Below, one piece after another: positions 12,242 through 25,700 of a stretch of DNA of 64,000 nucleotides (position 1 is its first letter; every line of letters starts with the position of its first letter). Origin of the DNA: Oculina patagonica. Lineage: Eukaryota. Under the pieces are notes generated by a model. The model did not search any database. It saw nothing but the letters and a program-made list of their open reading frames with translations, and was not told the origin of the DNA. The translations under genes and the position numbers were made by a program. The stretch spans positions 558,001 through 622,000 of the forward strand of contig NC_135760.1 of the NCBI RefSeq assembly GCF_052425735.1, written 5' to 3'.

Positions 12242-15200
12242 ATGTTTGCAGGTATTTCTGGAAATCAGCCATCTCAGCAAGGTTTGTATGCGTGTTGTAC
12301 AAGTGTAATTTTGAGAAAAGCATGAATTTTAGTGGTAAGAAGTTGGAAATCTTTAGGAAAGTAACGTACATTTGCAAGACTCCATTTTGAATTTGAACAG
12401 CAACTAAAGGCTTTATCTTAAGTATTATAAAAAGACTTAAAAAAAATGTTTATTTAGCTTGCTTAATTGAATAATTATTGTTAATTTTTATGTTTCATAT
12501 AGCAATGAGGCCAGAGTTGTTTGAGGTAGGAATCTACTGTCGATTTGTTTTTATTAGCATTTTTCCGCAAAAGAGACATATTTATGTTGTCTGCGCGAGT
12601 ATAAACAGCTGCGAGTATTAAATCCTGTTAAAAATTTTAGCTTTCACTGTATCGTTTAAGTTGCATACTGAAAGCTGTTCTTCTAACTTAATTAGGAGGT
12701 GAAGCTCTTTAAGAATGCAAGAGAAAGAGAAACGTAAGTGAACTGTAATATATCTATTTTTACCACTGACTTAAAGATCATTATGCAGTATTCCAAGTAC
12801 AGTCAACTCTCTCTATAAGGGACACCTTCAAGACCACCATTTGGTGTATGTTATACAAGAATTCCGTAGTAACGGAGTTATTTTCAGTAATTCTTATTCA
12901 CTGCAACTTCAACTCCTGACGGTAATAATGGGGTGTCTGTAATAGCGAGGTGTCCGCAAGGCGAGAGTTGACTGTATGGAATACTAGCTGGATGACTATG
13001 CATATAACATAGTTTGGCTTTTTTTTATACAAATCATTTTCAAACAAATTTCTTACAGATATGACAACATGGCAGATCTGTTTTCCATTATCAACACTCT
13101 TCAGTGTCTAGAGAAAGCTTACATCAGAGATGTTGTGACACCAAGAGAGTAAGTAGATTTCACTTCAGACTTGGTACCCGCTGGGATTACAATAACAGTT
13201 GCGTTCAGGGTTGCCTTCCGGGGTATCCGGTCATCTCGCCACCGAGAGAAGTCAAATCCAACTACCAAGGGAGTGAGACCCTGAATATTTCTCGTTCTTT
13301 AAGCGTGGTGAGGTGACTTCCCTTGGTGTTGAGTTGGTTGGTGGCGAGGTGACTGGCATACGCTTTCCGTGACTCAAAAACATCTGTGCTTGAGCTCTAT
13401 ATTATTACATTGGAACAGACTTTAGCCTATATTGTAGGTATCTATGTGAACTTAGTCTATACTCTTACTTTCCTCATTTTAGGTACACTGCTGCCTGTTC
13501 AAAGTTGCTTGTTCAATACAAGGTAAGATGAGCACCATTCATATTGCTAGCATAAGCATTACTTTTAAAGCATTATCTTACTTTAATCACTAAATACATG
13601 TCTCACTAATGTGGGTGAGTAAACCTTCACTGCTTATACTAGCCTAGTGGCTATTTGTACAGCAGGGTTCGCACACGCCTTGAAAGTCCTTGAATCTCAA
13701 AATAAAAATTCAAGGCCTTGAAAGTCCTTGAAATTGGTTTTCGGTCCTTGAAAGTCCTTGATTTTTTGAACGTCAAAAGGCTTCAAGGCAATGAGAAGAC
13801 CACCAAAATAAGTGTTTTTTTTAGTTCTTCAGCAAGCACATCAACCATTGATTTGGGGTAAATTTCATGAAAAAAAGTCCTTGAAATTTCCAAGAAGGGT
13901 CCTGGAAAGTCCTTGAAAAATCCTTGAATTTTTAACCTGAAAAAGTGTACGAACCCTGGTATACGCCATTTAAAGAGATGTCTAATCCTGCTTTATCTGT
14001 ATGTGTCACATGTGCTTGACTTATGGCCAAAGCCCTAAGTGTCACATGTGCAGTAGTAGATAATTAGCCTTGTGTCAATTATTTCAGTCTAAGAGATATC
14101 CATCCAACTAACAACAGTAAAAGGCTGTCAAGAGAATAGGGGAGCTTCGATAGCACAGTGGTGAGAGCCCTCGCTTCCCACCAATGTGCCAGGGTTTGAT
14201 TTCCAGATACAGCATTTGAGTTTGTCGCTGGTTCGCGTCCCTGCTCCAAGGTTTTTTCGCTGGGTTCTCCAGTTTTTCTCCCTTCACAAAAACGGACACT
14301 TTTTAATTCCAATTTGATTGGGTATTTGAGGGCCACAGGTTTGTCAGTTGCAAGAATGTTGTAACATATGTTGTAACATGCAACCTCATTAAACATAGTT
14401 GATAATTTATTTAATGGAGATTGTACCAACATCTGCAGTATGAAAACATAGTAGTATTTAAACACGAAGGCCTCCTCTGTGTTAATGAGAAAGTGCTCAA
14501 AATCCTAGAGATTTTCTGCCGACACAATCAGTGGATGCTTATCATAATGCTGGTTTAACAGAGTAAAGCTTTTAATATTTATTTATTATTGTTATGTAAC
14601 AATTATTATAGTAAGTGGCTTACTCTGAAGACCAATCATTCATGTGGCATATAATTAATTAAAAAAGAATACATTTAAAAAATTAACTTTTTCATATCAT
14701 TTGCTATTTTAGGCAGCCTTCAAGCTTGTGCAATCAGCTGAGTATCCAACAGTAGAAGCTTTTATGAAAAAATTCAGGGTGAGAGAATAATGAGTTACAT
14801 TAAATTCAAAGAGGTCTACTTTATTTAAATATGGATGTGCACTGTTAATATGTGCCTTAATATTTATTTGCTTGAAAATATTGTTTTATAAAGCATAATA
14901 ATTATACTTTATAAAACAATATTTAATTATTACATATTACATAATTATTATGTACATAACAACTCTTTACTAGACAGAATATATTTGTAAGTGAAAGCCA
15001 TGTGCTGAGGTTTCACTCCCTTGCATGCTTTGTAAATATAGAGAAAAGAATGGTTCAGTTAATTTCATTAATTTCAATAACAATACATGGCACACTTACT
15101 GGTTACTGAAATATGCCTGGATAATTGACCAAGTATGAGGTCAGGATAGTGGGATATTGGCCAAGTTCTATCTTTGCATGTGTATGGACCGAGATCCATC

Positions 15201-18122
15201 CATCAGTCAAGGTCCATAAACGCCAGAAAAGAGCGAGGCCAATATCCTGCCGTCTTGACTTGGCAAGCTTGGTCAAGAAAGGATTTATTATATGCAGGCT
15301 TTTAGCCAGGATTTAAAAAGTGGGAGTCCAACATTTTTATAAGGCATGAGTTTGTCGATCCCTATAGGAGGGCCTGAGGAGCATGCAAAGTGTTTTTCTG
15401 CAGTTATGAGTGCAAAGGTATCTAAAGGTTTCCAAATTTGCTAAAAAAAACCTCTGTATAGGACTCCTGGACTCCCACACCTGGCTAAAAGCCTGATTAT
15501 ATGGCAACAAAGGCAACAACAAGAACAAATTTTGTGGGAAATCACAGGCAATCCCAAGCAGGCAAGATAGGCCCATTTTTCCTGCTCTGGTAACCAATCA
15601 CAATGCAGGGTTTATCTCATCTTACATCTTTACGATCACATCTTTACGACCAATTTACCACTGATGAAGGGCTAAGCCTGAAACGTTTGGTTTATAATGA
15701 ACTTTTTGGCACTTTCAATCTACTTTTATTCTCAATCTTCACAATTAGAAGTGCCACGCAGCGATTATTCTTTAAAACTAGTATTTACCTTATCTTGCCT
15801 GCTCAAAGAGCCAGCCGTATAATAAGTAGTGTTACTGTGCTTTTCATGCTCTTGTGAAATCTGAAGTTCAAAATCCAACTGACAGTTGCATCTATGCTGC
15901 TGTTAATCATAATTACAATGACAATAGTCCATTTTACAGTTGTCTACCAAGTGACTGGTCAGGCCTTTGAATTGTAGCGAGGCTGGAGGTGACCTTGCAT
16001 TGATACAAACCTCTTTGCTTTATTATGTAAATGTAACCTAGTTAGCATCAAAACAACGTGATTTACACAACAAAAACAGTGAGGTCTGTATCAAAACAAG
16101 GTCACCTTCAGCCTCACTTTCAGTCAATCGCCAGGTCACTGAGCAGACAACTGTAAAATGGTCTATTAACAAACCTAGAAAAAAAAATGGATTGAATCTA
16201 CCAATCACAACCCAGAGACTTGACCTTTTGAACCTGTTGAAGTGAACTTTCCTGAGGGGCGTGCTAAAATGATTGACAGCAGCAGAAAATGCAAGCGTTC
16301 ACATGATTTTAAAAAGTGTGGTAATAAAAAAAAGTTATAGTACACTGTCTTATGATAAGTGTTTCTTTAGCTGGACTGTCCTGCAGCATTAGAGAGAATA
16401 AAGGAAGGCAGACCAATCACCATTAAGGATGACAAAGGGAACACTAGTAAAGCTATTGCAGACACAGTCTCAGTGAGTGAATGTTGCTTTATCATCACTT
16501 AGTTCTTTCTGCATGGTATATTTAACAATTATTCTATGAGTGCGCGTTGGATATGAGATGGTAGATAGCCAACAAGAGTGTAGCACTGAGTTGGCTACAA
16601 CAATCTCATATCCAACAAGCGTGAGTGGAATGATTGTTTTATTTAAAAAGCCCAGAGATTTGCGATATTTGAACTTCCCTGCTGTTTTTGTAGACACGTA
16701 TCGGCTAACATATTAATTTTGTGGTCAATGGTATATGAGCTCATATACCATTGCCTGTTAACCAATAAAAGTGCAGGAATTGCAATATACCATTGCTAGT
16801 TTTTACTAATCCCTAAATATTCCTAATCTGATTCATTATAACATCTCACAGATAGTACCACGTGCTGTGATTGGTCAACGTTATAGGCCACATCATTAAA
16901 TAAATATATATACCGTACCTTTCATTTCAGCTTTTTATAACAATTATGGATAAACTACGACTACAAATCAGAGCAATGGATGAGGTAACAAACATCATTA
17001 TCATAAAAGCTTTTTCTAAGCCCCCCACCCCCTGCTCTTTTTGGCCTCCTTAGTAAGTTCTTAATTAATTAATATCTTTAAATAAGCCCCCCCCCCCCTT
17101 TCCTAGATGGAAGATTGCAACAATTTATGAACAAGAAAACAAGGCAACTTTATGGTTTTAAAGTTTTTCAACAAGCACATAATAATTTAACTTTTATACA
17201 TACCCTAAATGAGAAACAGTTTGGAATTAAGCCCTTCCTCCTCCGTAATAACCCCCCCCCCCCGATAAGTCTTGAAAAGAAATAAGCAGTGGGGTGGGTA
17301 GTGGGGCTTCTTTTATGTTATTATGTTGATCTTATCAGTTATCAAAGTCACTGATTTCAACGCTGCTACTGACAATTTGTCAGGTTCTTTCAATTCCTGA
17401 ATTAAAACAGACTGTTATTAGCACTGAAAATCAGCAAGCTTCATTTCCATAGATCTGAATTAACAAGCAATTTAGCTCTTGTTCAACATTTGTTACATTC
17501 TGGTTTCCATTTTGTTCATTGTAAATTGGTCCAATGCTAATAATATTAATCTTTGTCAGTGTAATCACCTACATGAAACTAGAGTAACTCAGCAGTTTGT
17601 ATTTCCTAAAACAGATTCATCCAGATCTGAGAGACCTGATGGATACTATGAATAACCTAAGTGCACTTCCTGAAGATTTTGAGGGAAAAGTCAAGGTCAA
17701 CCAATGGTGAGGCTTTAGTGACTTTGCTACATGTATTTAGGTCAGATACAGCAGGGAGCGTGGAACACTTATTGCCTATTATAACCCACCCATTAATTTT
17801 TGCACATGCTCATTGGACAAAACGTATCATGTGGTACAAAATCGCAGGACGGGTATCAGCGAATATACCCCGTCGATTTGATATCCGTCGCCCGATTTTG
17901 TAGGCAAGCAAAAACGAACGAATTAAGTCACCTTATTCAATTCTAAGTTTTAATGAAATCACAGAGTTAAAAAATCACGTAAACCAATTTGTTTCAACCA
18001 CGTTACGCCAGGTTTATTACGTAGGGTTTTTCCTATAAATTTACTGGCGATAAAGCGCGTTGTAGAAATTAATCAGAGGGTTATAAAATAAAGAAACCCC
18101 TTTCTGGCTTGCTGGTATATTG

Positions 18123-18153
<31 letters not shown>

Positions 18154-19145
18154 TTAAAATTTCACAGTTCCCCTCTAAGCTTCGCTTCTCGGCCAACTGT
18201 TCATTTTTTGACAATCTTTCAGCCTCGGGCATTTTCATCCAATATTCCAGCCGCCTGAAGGGGTTTATTTACTAAGTATCATGTAAACCATAATGTATGC
18301 AAAGGCCTGCAACTTTGTAGCACTTCGGGACATAATTGCAATCAGCTTAAGTTAAAGTATAAATGGGTGCTGTCTTAATCCAGGTAAACCTAATAAAACT
18401 GTCAGGGGAGGGATGTGGTAACCTTTGATAGCTGCATGTCATCTGTGTGCAAGGTTTAAAAAGTGGCAACTAAATTGGAACCAAAATCTCCAGTCTGGCG
18501 ACTAAAATTGAGAAGACGGAGTGAAAGCGTGAGCTTAATTTAGCGACTAAAATTTTTCACTGGTGACCAAACTTTAGCAGTTGGTGGCCAAAATAATGGC
18601 CACTAAGGAAAAAAAATAAATTTGGAGGGTTAAGGCTTTCTTTTATCCTTTGTAATACATTGATATTTTTTCTTGGCATGATCACGCAACAAAGTCAAAA
18701 CTGAGTGATACCCCATGCAATATCCCCTGTGGTTTTCAATTTTTTTTTCTACAGTATTTACAGATTGTTAAAATAAATAAACCTCTTCAAATATTTTTCA
18801 TTACAGTAATATATGTACCTAGATACCCATAAACTCTTTTGGGTAATTCTGAAGTAACACCATATTCCAAATGTTTACAATAGCAAAAACGTTTCAAAGA
18901 AATTGTTTTACATTTACATTTTAAAAAGTTTAAAAGCAAGATGTTAGTAAGAAAAAGCCAAGCCACTTGGCCAGTAGGTAAGTTCTGTTAATGATTACTG
19001 ACTTGCTTACCCTGTGAATCGCAGGTATGAAACCCTGAGCAGTATGAAAGCAAGTGATGAACTTACCGAGGAACAAGTGCGACAGATGTTATTTGATCTG
19101 GAGCAAGCTTATAATGCATTTAATAGATCTCTTCAGCATACTTAG
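12242..19145 (+). CDS. VPS28: ESCRT-I subunit VPS28, 221 aa
   Basis: Exons 12242-12281, 12503-12525, 12696-12733, 13059-13148, 13483-13522, 14713-14778, 16371-16472, 16931-16984, 17615-17706, 19025-19145 (666 nt, in phase). [74 protein letters not shown]. Confidence 0.97.
12800..12974. mobile_element. Tc1/mariner-type MITE
   Basis: TA|CAGTCAACTCTC ... GAGAGTTGACTG|TA. Confidence 0.7.
13663..13958. mobile_element. MITE with CAGGGTTCG termini and repeated AAAGTCCTTGAA motifs (hAT-like)
   Basis: CAGGGTTCGCACAC ... GTGTACGAACCCTG; many internal (A)AGTCCTTGAA copies; no clean TSD. Confidence 0.55.
14139..14412 (+). mobile_element. tRNA-derived SINE
   Basis: GGGAGC..TAGCACAGTGGTGAGAGC (A-box-like) CTCGCTTCCCACCAATGTG..GGTTTGATTTCC (B-box-like); homologous copy at 37400-37592 (-). 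Confidence 0.6.
15657..15691 (+). ncRNA. Minimal type I hammerhead ribozyme-like motif
   Basis: ACCA-CTGATGA-A-GGGC/TAA/GCCT-GAAA-CG-TT-TGGT: stem I ACCA/TGGT, core, stem II, palindromic AAACGTTT in place of stem III. Confidence 0.5.
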
Positions 19146-19728
19146 TTATTCAAGTAGGGAATCTGTAGAATTTATATTAGAGAGTTTAATACAGGTAACT
19201 GCAGGAACTGTGGTTAAATTTTTGAGCTGCACTATAACAGCTGTAAATAGCTAACTTTTCACCTTGGTTCGAGTTTACAAATTCAAATTTACCAACAATC
19301 AAATCCGAGTATCTACGAACTTGAACAGTGCCTCGAAGTGCCTTTAACACCAAACGATTTCTCAGCCGTAAAAGGAAGAAACAAGATTGTGAATTTATTA
19401 TCTTAATAGATTAGGATTATACTGTAAAATCTATACTAAGCCTTTCTTATCTTTTAATGAAGAGGGTTGTCAATGAGTCAAGCTAGAACTTGAATATAAT
19501 AAATATCACGACACGAGACATATTATGTAATTCGTTTTATTTGTACAACCATTGCTTAAAACACCTCTTTGTCAGTTGACTTAAATGGTTAACAGTTTTC
19601 TTTAAAGTATACATTTTCTGAAAACTTAAGGTCATTGCTTACATTGCACATCCTTAATTGGAATCCTGGAATTGAATGCCATTAGGGGAACTGATTCGCG
19701 ATTTTAAGCAGGGTAAATGCTGGTGACG

Positions 19729-22700
19729 TCAGATCCATCTGCCGCGTTTGATCTTGACAGGAAGATAAGTATCTGTGAGAAACACAAAGGAAATGGAAGA
19801 AAGAGCTTGAATCTCTGCCTTGTGTCCCAAGGACAACATGGTCCGAATCTGAAAGTGCAAATGGAATTTAATTAAATTAATTAAACGATCGGCATCAGAT
19901 ACGGCATCATCATATTTTAAAATTTAAACTAAGAGATGAGATACGAGTTGAGTTTTATAGAGTCTTATAAGAATCTGTTATCAGGGCTGTAATGGCAAGC
20001 TTGCAAGCGTGCTTAATTTTGCTTGTTAAATGTCATTCATAATGCGTTTAAAATTACTTCTGAAAACAGTAGAATGCTGACTCAAAGAAGTTTCAAACAA
20101 ATGTTGGACTAAACTATTTGATAGGCTCAGTGCCTCGAGTGCTGGTTTCAGCGTTGCATTCACTAACAAGTGATTATTAGCTAATCATATTCTTGGTCGT
20201 CCAAGCTAAATTTAACGCAAGTTTTTGAGTCGTTAAATACCTCTTGTTCCCAGGCTCCCTGTGATTTGATGTATGCTCTTTCAAGAAGTTCACGAGCCTT
20301 GCACTTGTCTCGGTCGGTCAGCGGTATCAGTTTGTCATGCGAAATGGAGAGCCTGAAATAAGACAAAAAGCCTTTGAAAGTTTCAATTAACAACTAGGAA
20401 TAAAGCTACACTACGTGCTCAAATTGCTCAATTAATTATTATTTGCAAGGGCCTATTTAAAGCAGTCGCAAGTGCGGGAAATTTCGCTCCAGTTGAAGTT
20501 TCAAAACCGGCCGGATTTTGGTTTTGAAAAAGTCGCATCAGTTTGTCAAGTTTTCTGAAAATTGCTTGACGTTTACGGCATTTTATGGTCTATAGTCTCA
20601 TCGAATCAATGATCGCGCGAGAATATTCTCAGTTCTTGTATAATACTACCTATCTCCAACGCTTTCTATTTTTTATGCCTAAGAGAGCGTTTAGAAGACA
20701 TCAATGTTTCACGGGCTCAACGGAGTATGCACAACAGCAGACTGAGATGATTTAGTAGTTCTTGTGATAATACCTATTGATGTCGCTAGGCAACACACCA
20801 AGCCACTTTATTACAGGAACTGTCAAACTGTGTGCGTCAAACGACAGGGCCTGTAGGACAAAGAGGCATTCGTTACTTTCCGATCGATCATGACCCATTC
20901 TCGTCCCCATAGCCCTTTCGTTTCTCTTAGCCGGCTTGGCACGAGAAAACGGAGGGCTCTGGGGACATAGGACTTTTGAATTAATTCGAAATTTTTTGAT
21001 GTTTGGAACAAAGAATTCCTAAACGGAAGTCGAAAACGTAACGACTCTCTCATACATTCTTTTGAAACGTCATGACTGCATACATGAAGACCGAAAGTCC
21101 TTGAATCTAGGACTGGAAATCCTATGTCCCCAGAGCCCTTTGTTTCCTCGTGCCAAGGCTCAGCCGGCTAAGAGAAACGAAAGGGCTGTGAGGACGAGAA
21201 TGATCCTGACCCTCATAACCTTATTAATAAAAGCTCAATCTAAAGCTATAAATCTGCAGTCTGAACAAAAGTTGTTGAGGTGACCTACCTTAGAACCAAA
21301 CTTGTACACACTAAGGATCTCGATACCTGCAAATAAGAAAGGAATAACCATTGACATCACATGGGGAGGGGGGTGTTCTTTGCGAAAAAAGCAAAGAACA
21401 GAACAAAGAACAAAGGGAACAGTAACATTGAAACGGATTGCACCAAGCCTTGTTTCGCAATTTTGTTAGGACACAAGTTTCACAATACATATTTTAAAAC
21501 GATTCTTTACTTGGCCAATAATTTTGGCAACAATACAATACAATACAATGCAATTTTATTGTCCATACGTGGGACAAGGTCTCCCTCAATGTCCGAGCCA
21601 GAGGCTCATGTATAAAACGTAGGACTAAAATTAAAATAGACTTAAGTATATGCTATTAAAACTATAAAAAATTTATCCCACCCATTAAAAAAAGAATGAA
21701 AAACAAGAACAATACTAATCGCCGTGCAAGAAAATTGAAAGAAAAGGCGATACAACAACAAAGTCATTCGTATTTTGGCTGAGCACTTTCTTAAGGTCAG
21801 GGTAAAGAAGGAGAAAGTTCTCAGTTACCATGTGGGTCGGCATCCATTAAGGCTAGGATTGGTATTTGAAGAGTGCACCACAGTCGACGGACCATCATAC
21901 GGGTATTTACATCCGGGAAGCCTTTACCCTGAGGGTCAAAATCATGACAGTTTACACACAAGATTTAGGAAAAGAAATTAAAAAGGGTAAAAGAGTATTC
22001 TCATGTAGTGTAACGCTATGGTCTGTATATCGGGATTGTAGAAAGAATAAAGCCGTTGTCTATTCAGCGAGTGATGATGACGATGATGACAACGACGATG
22101 ATGATGATGATGAAATAATTTATATAGCGCCAAATCCACTAATTAACCATGGCGCTTTACAGTAAAAATATTAAAAAATAACATAAGGATGAAAAAAGAA
22201 CGAACTTACAGTGATAACAATACACGGATGTAGCTTCTGTAATACATTGTCATCCATTAGTCTCTGAAAGGATGCCTCTTTTTCAACAACTAACACAAAC
22301 TTTGCATCTGAATGTATATCTGGTCAATGTCAAGAACAAACAACCCGTAAATCATCAACGACAATATTTACAACTTTTTGGCGAACTGAAATTGTTACAT
22401 GATGAATTCTCATGCATTTAGTTAAATGAAGATAAAAGATTTCCGGAAAGTTCATCCGAGATACCTTCTCAATATTGTGAGCAGTATACTGACTTTCATC
22501 TGGTACTGTTTGTTATGCTGTACAATGTGGGTCTTACTGTGGATGTAACTTTAGTGTATGACCATTTAAATGAAAGTAAGCAATTGAGCAGTACTTTCTA
22601 AATCACTTTACGAGCTAATTGTCTACAAGGATACCGTATATTCCCTGCACGTGCGAGGACACCATTGTACCCTGGGGGTCAATAAGTCAAACGTTAGCAA

Positions 22701-25700
22701 AATAACTTAGATACATGGGAAAGAGTTATCTTATTAAAGGGACTGTTTTATGGCCGGCTTAGTTTAATCTATTTTATTACGATTTGCCAATGACACTCGC
22801 TATGAAACTTTGTGTTAGCGAAGAAATTACTTCAGAAATCTATGGATTAAAATGACAAAACCATACCTTTATTACAAACAAATATGTCTACCGGGCGTTA
22901 TAATTAAAAGTTACATACAAACTAGTCTCCTTCGCAGCCGTTTTGGGGGATGTCAAGCACATACAAACGAGATTAACTTTGAAACTGTTCAACCTAAAGT
23001 TTTTTAAATATCCACATCGCAATCCGTTTTAATCTTCCTTGTATTTGCCGTTTTATTGAAATATTCCTTCACTGTTTCATTTAAATGGTTATTTTTATAT
23101 TTCACTCAATTTGATGGCCATTTTCTTTGGCCAAAATTTGGCTAAAGTCCGTGACACAAGTTCTAAATTGGTTCTCCTGCCTGCTTGGAAGAAGCTTAAG
23201 GCCTAACAACAAACATGAACAAACAAACAAAAAAGACTGCAAACCGAGGTTTTATCCTTGCAGTCCACGTAAGTTCCATCGTGTTCCTTGTATCTCAAGT
23301 CTCCAGCAATGCAACCTAAAGATGAAGACCCGTAGTGTCAGTGTAACTACTATAGTAAGACCTGAAATTCGAAACAGCACATTTCATAGCGGAGCTCCAC
23401 AGCGGCCCGAAGGGCCGCAGAGTGGAGCCCCATACCCATAGAAAATTCACAAAAATAGGAAAACCATGAACTTGAGTTTTCGTGGTCATCGTGGCTAGCG
23501 GCATGGCTCGCGGGCGCGTACGTACGTACGGTGTCGCGCACTTCAGAAATAGATAAACCCTCACCTATTTGTTACTGGGCATCCACGTTATGATCTATTG
23601 ACAGCTGTCAGTACAAGGTATCCGCTGACCAGTATCACGTGATCATATCGCGGGCTCAGGTGTATAACTCATCGAGGTAACGCGTTTTTAGGTAGGAACG
23701 TCATGTATGGGGAACTATTATGTCCCCAATATATAATTAGCACTATACTCTAGTGTCTTGATGTACTCTATTTCCTTGGTTTACTCTAGTGTCTTGATGT
23801 ACTCTATATACTCTACTCGCTTGATGTACTCTGGTTGCTTTATGTACTCTAATTGCTTGATGTACTCTAGGTGCTTGATATACTCTGGTTGCCTTATGTA
23901 CTCTGGTTGCTTTATGTACTCTGGTTGCTTTATGTACTCTACTCGCTTTATGTACTCTAGGTGCTTAATGTACTCTGGTTGCTTTATGTACTCTGGTTGC
24001 TTTATGTACTCTAGTTGCTTGATGTACTCTAGGTGCTTGATATACTCTGGTTGCCTTATGTACTCTGGTTGCTTTATGTACTCTAGGTGCTTGATATACT
24101 CTGGTTGCTTTATGTACTCTGGTTGCTTTATGTACTCTACTCGCTTTATGTACTCTAGGTGCTTGATGTACTCTGGTTGCTTTATGTACTCTACTCGCTT
24201 GATGTACTCTGGTTGCTTTATGTGCTCTGGTTGCTTTATGTACTCTACTCGCTTGATTTACTCTACTCGCTTGATGTACTCTAGGTGCTTGATGTACTCT
24301 ACTTGCTTGATGTACTCTACTCGCTTGATGTACTCTAGTTGCTTGATGTACTCTACTTGCTTCATGTACTCTGCGCGCTTCATGTACTCCAGTTGCTTCA
24401 TTTACTCTACTTGCTTGATATACTCTGATTGCTTTATGCACTCTAGTTGCTTTATGTACTCTAGGTGCTTGATATACTCTGGTTGCTTTATGTACTCTAC
24501 TCGCTTTATGTACTCTAGGTGCTTGATGTACTCTGGTTGCTTTATGTACTCTAGCTGCTTGATGTACTCTGGTTGCTTTATGTACTCTAGCTGCTTGATA
24601 TACTCTGGTTGCTTTATGTACTCTAGGTGCTTGATATACTCTGGTTGCTTTATGTACTCTACTCGCTTTATGTACTCTAGGTGCTTGATGTACTCTGGTT
24701 GCTTTATGTACTCTAGCTGCTTGATATACTCTGGTTGCTCTATGTACTCTAGTTGCTTGATATACTCTGATTGCTCTATGTACTCTAGTTGCTTTATGTA
24801 CTCTACTCACTTTATGTACTCTAGGTGCTTTATGTACTCTAGGTGCTTGATGTGCTCTACTCGCTTGATGTACTCTTGGTGCTTGATGTACTCTACTCGC
24901 TTGATGTACTCTAGTTGCTTGATGTACTCTACTTGCTTCATGTACTCTGCGCGCTTCATGTACTCCGGTTGCTTCATTTACTCTACTTGCTTGATATACT
25001 CTGATTGCTTTATGCACTCTAGTTGCTTTATGTACTCTAGGTGCTTGATATACTCTGGTTGCTTTATGTACTCTACTCGCTTTATGTACTCTAGGTGCTT
25101 TATGTACTCTAGGTGCTTGATGTGCTCTACTCGCTTGATGTACTCTTGGTGCTTGATGTACTCTACTCGCTTGATGTACTCTAGTTGCTTAATGTACTCT
25201 ACTTGCTTCATGTACTCTGCGCGCTTGATGTACTCTGGTTGCTTCATGTACTCTACTTGCTTGATATACTCTGATTGCTTTATGTACTCTATGAACTCTA
25301 GTTGCTTTATGTACTCTACTTGCTTGATATACTCTGGTTGCTTTATGTACTCTACTCGCTTTATGTACTCTAGGTGCTTGATATACTCTGGTTGCTTGAT
25401 ATACTCTTGTTGCTTTATGTACTCTACTCGCTTGATGTACTCTAGGTGCTTCATGTACTCTACGCGCTTGATGTACTCTGGTTGCTTTATGTACTCTAGT
25501 TGCTATTGTACTCTACTTGCTTCATGTACTCTACGCGCTTGATGTACTCTGGTTGCTTCATGTACTCTACTTGCTTGATATACTCTGATTGCTTTATGTA
25601 CTCTAGTTGCTTTATGTACTCTACTTGCTTGATATACTCTGGTTGCTTTATGTACTCTACTCGCTTTATGTACTCTAGGTGCTTGATGTACTCTGGTTGC

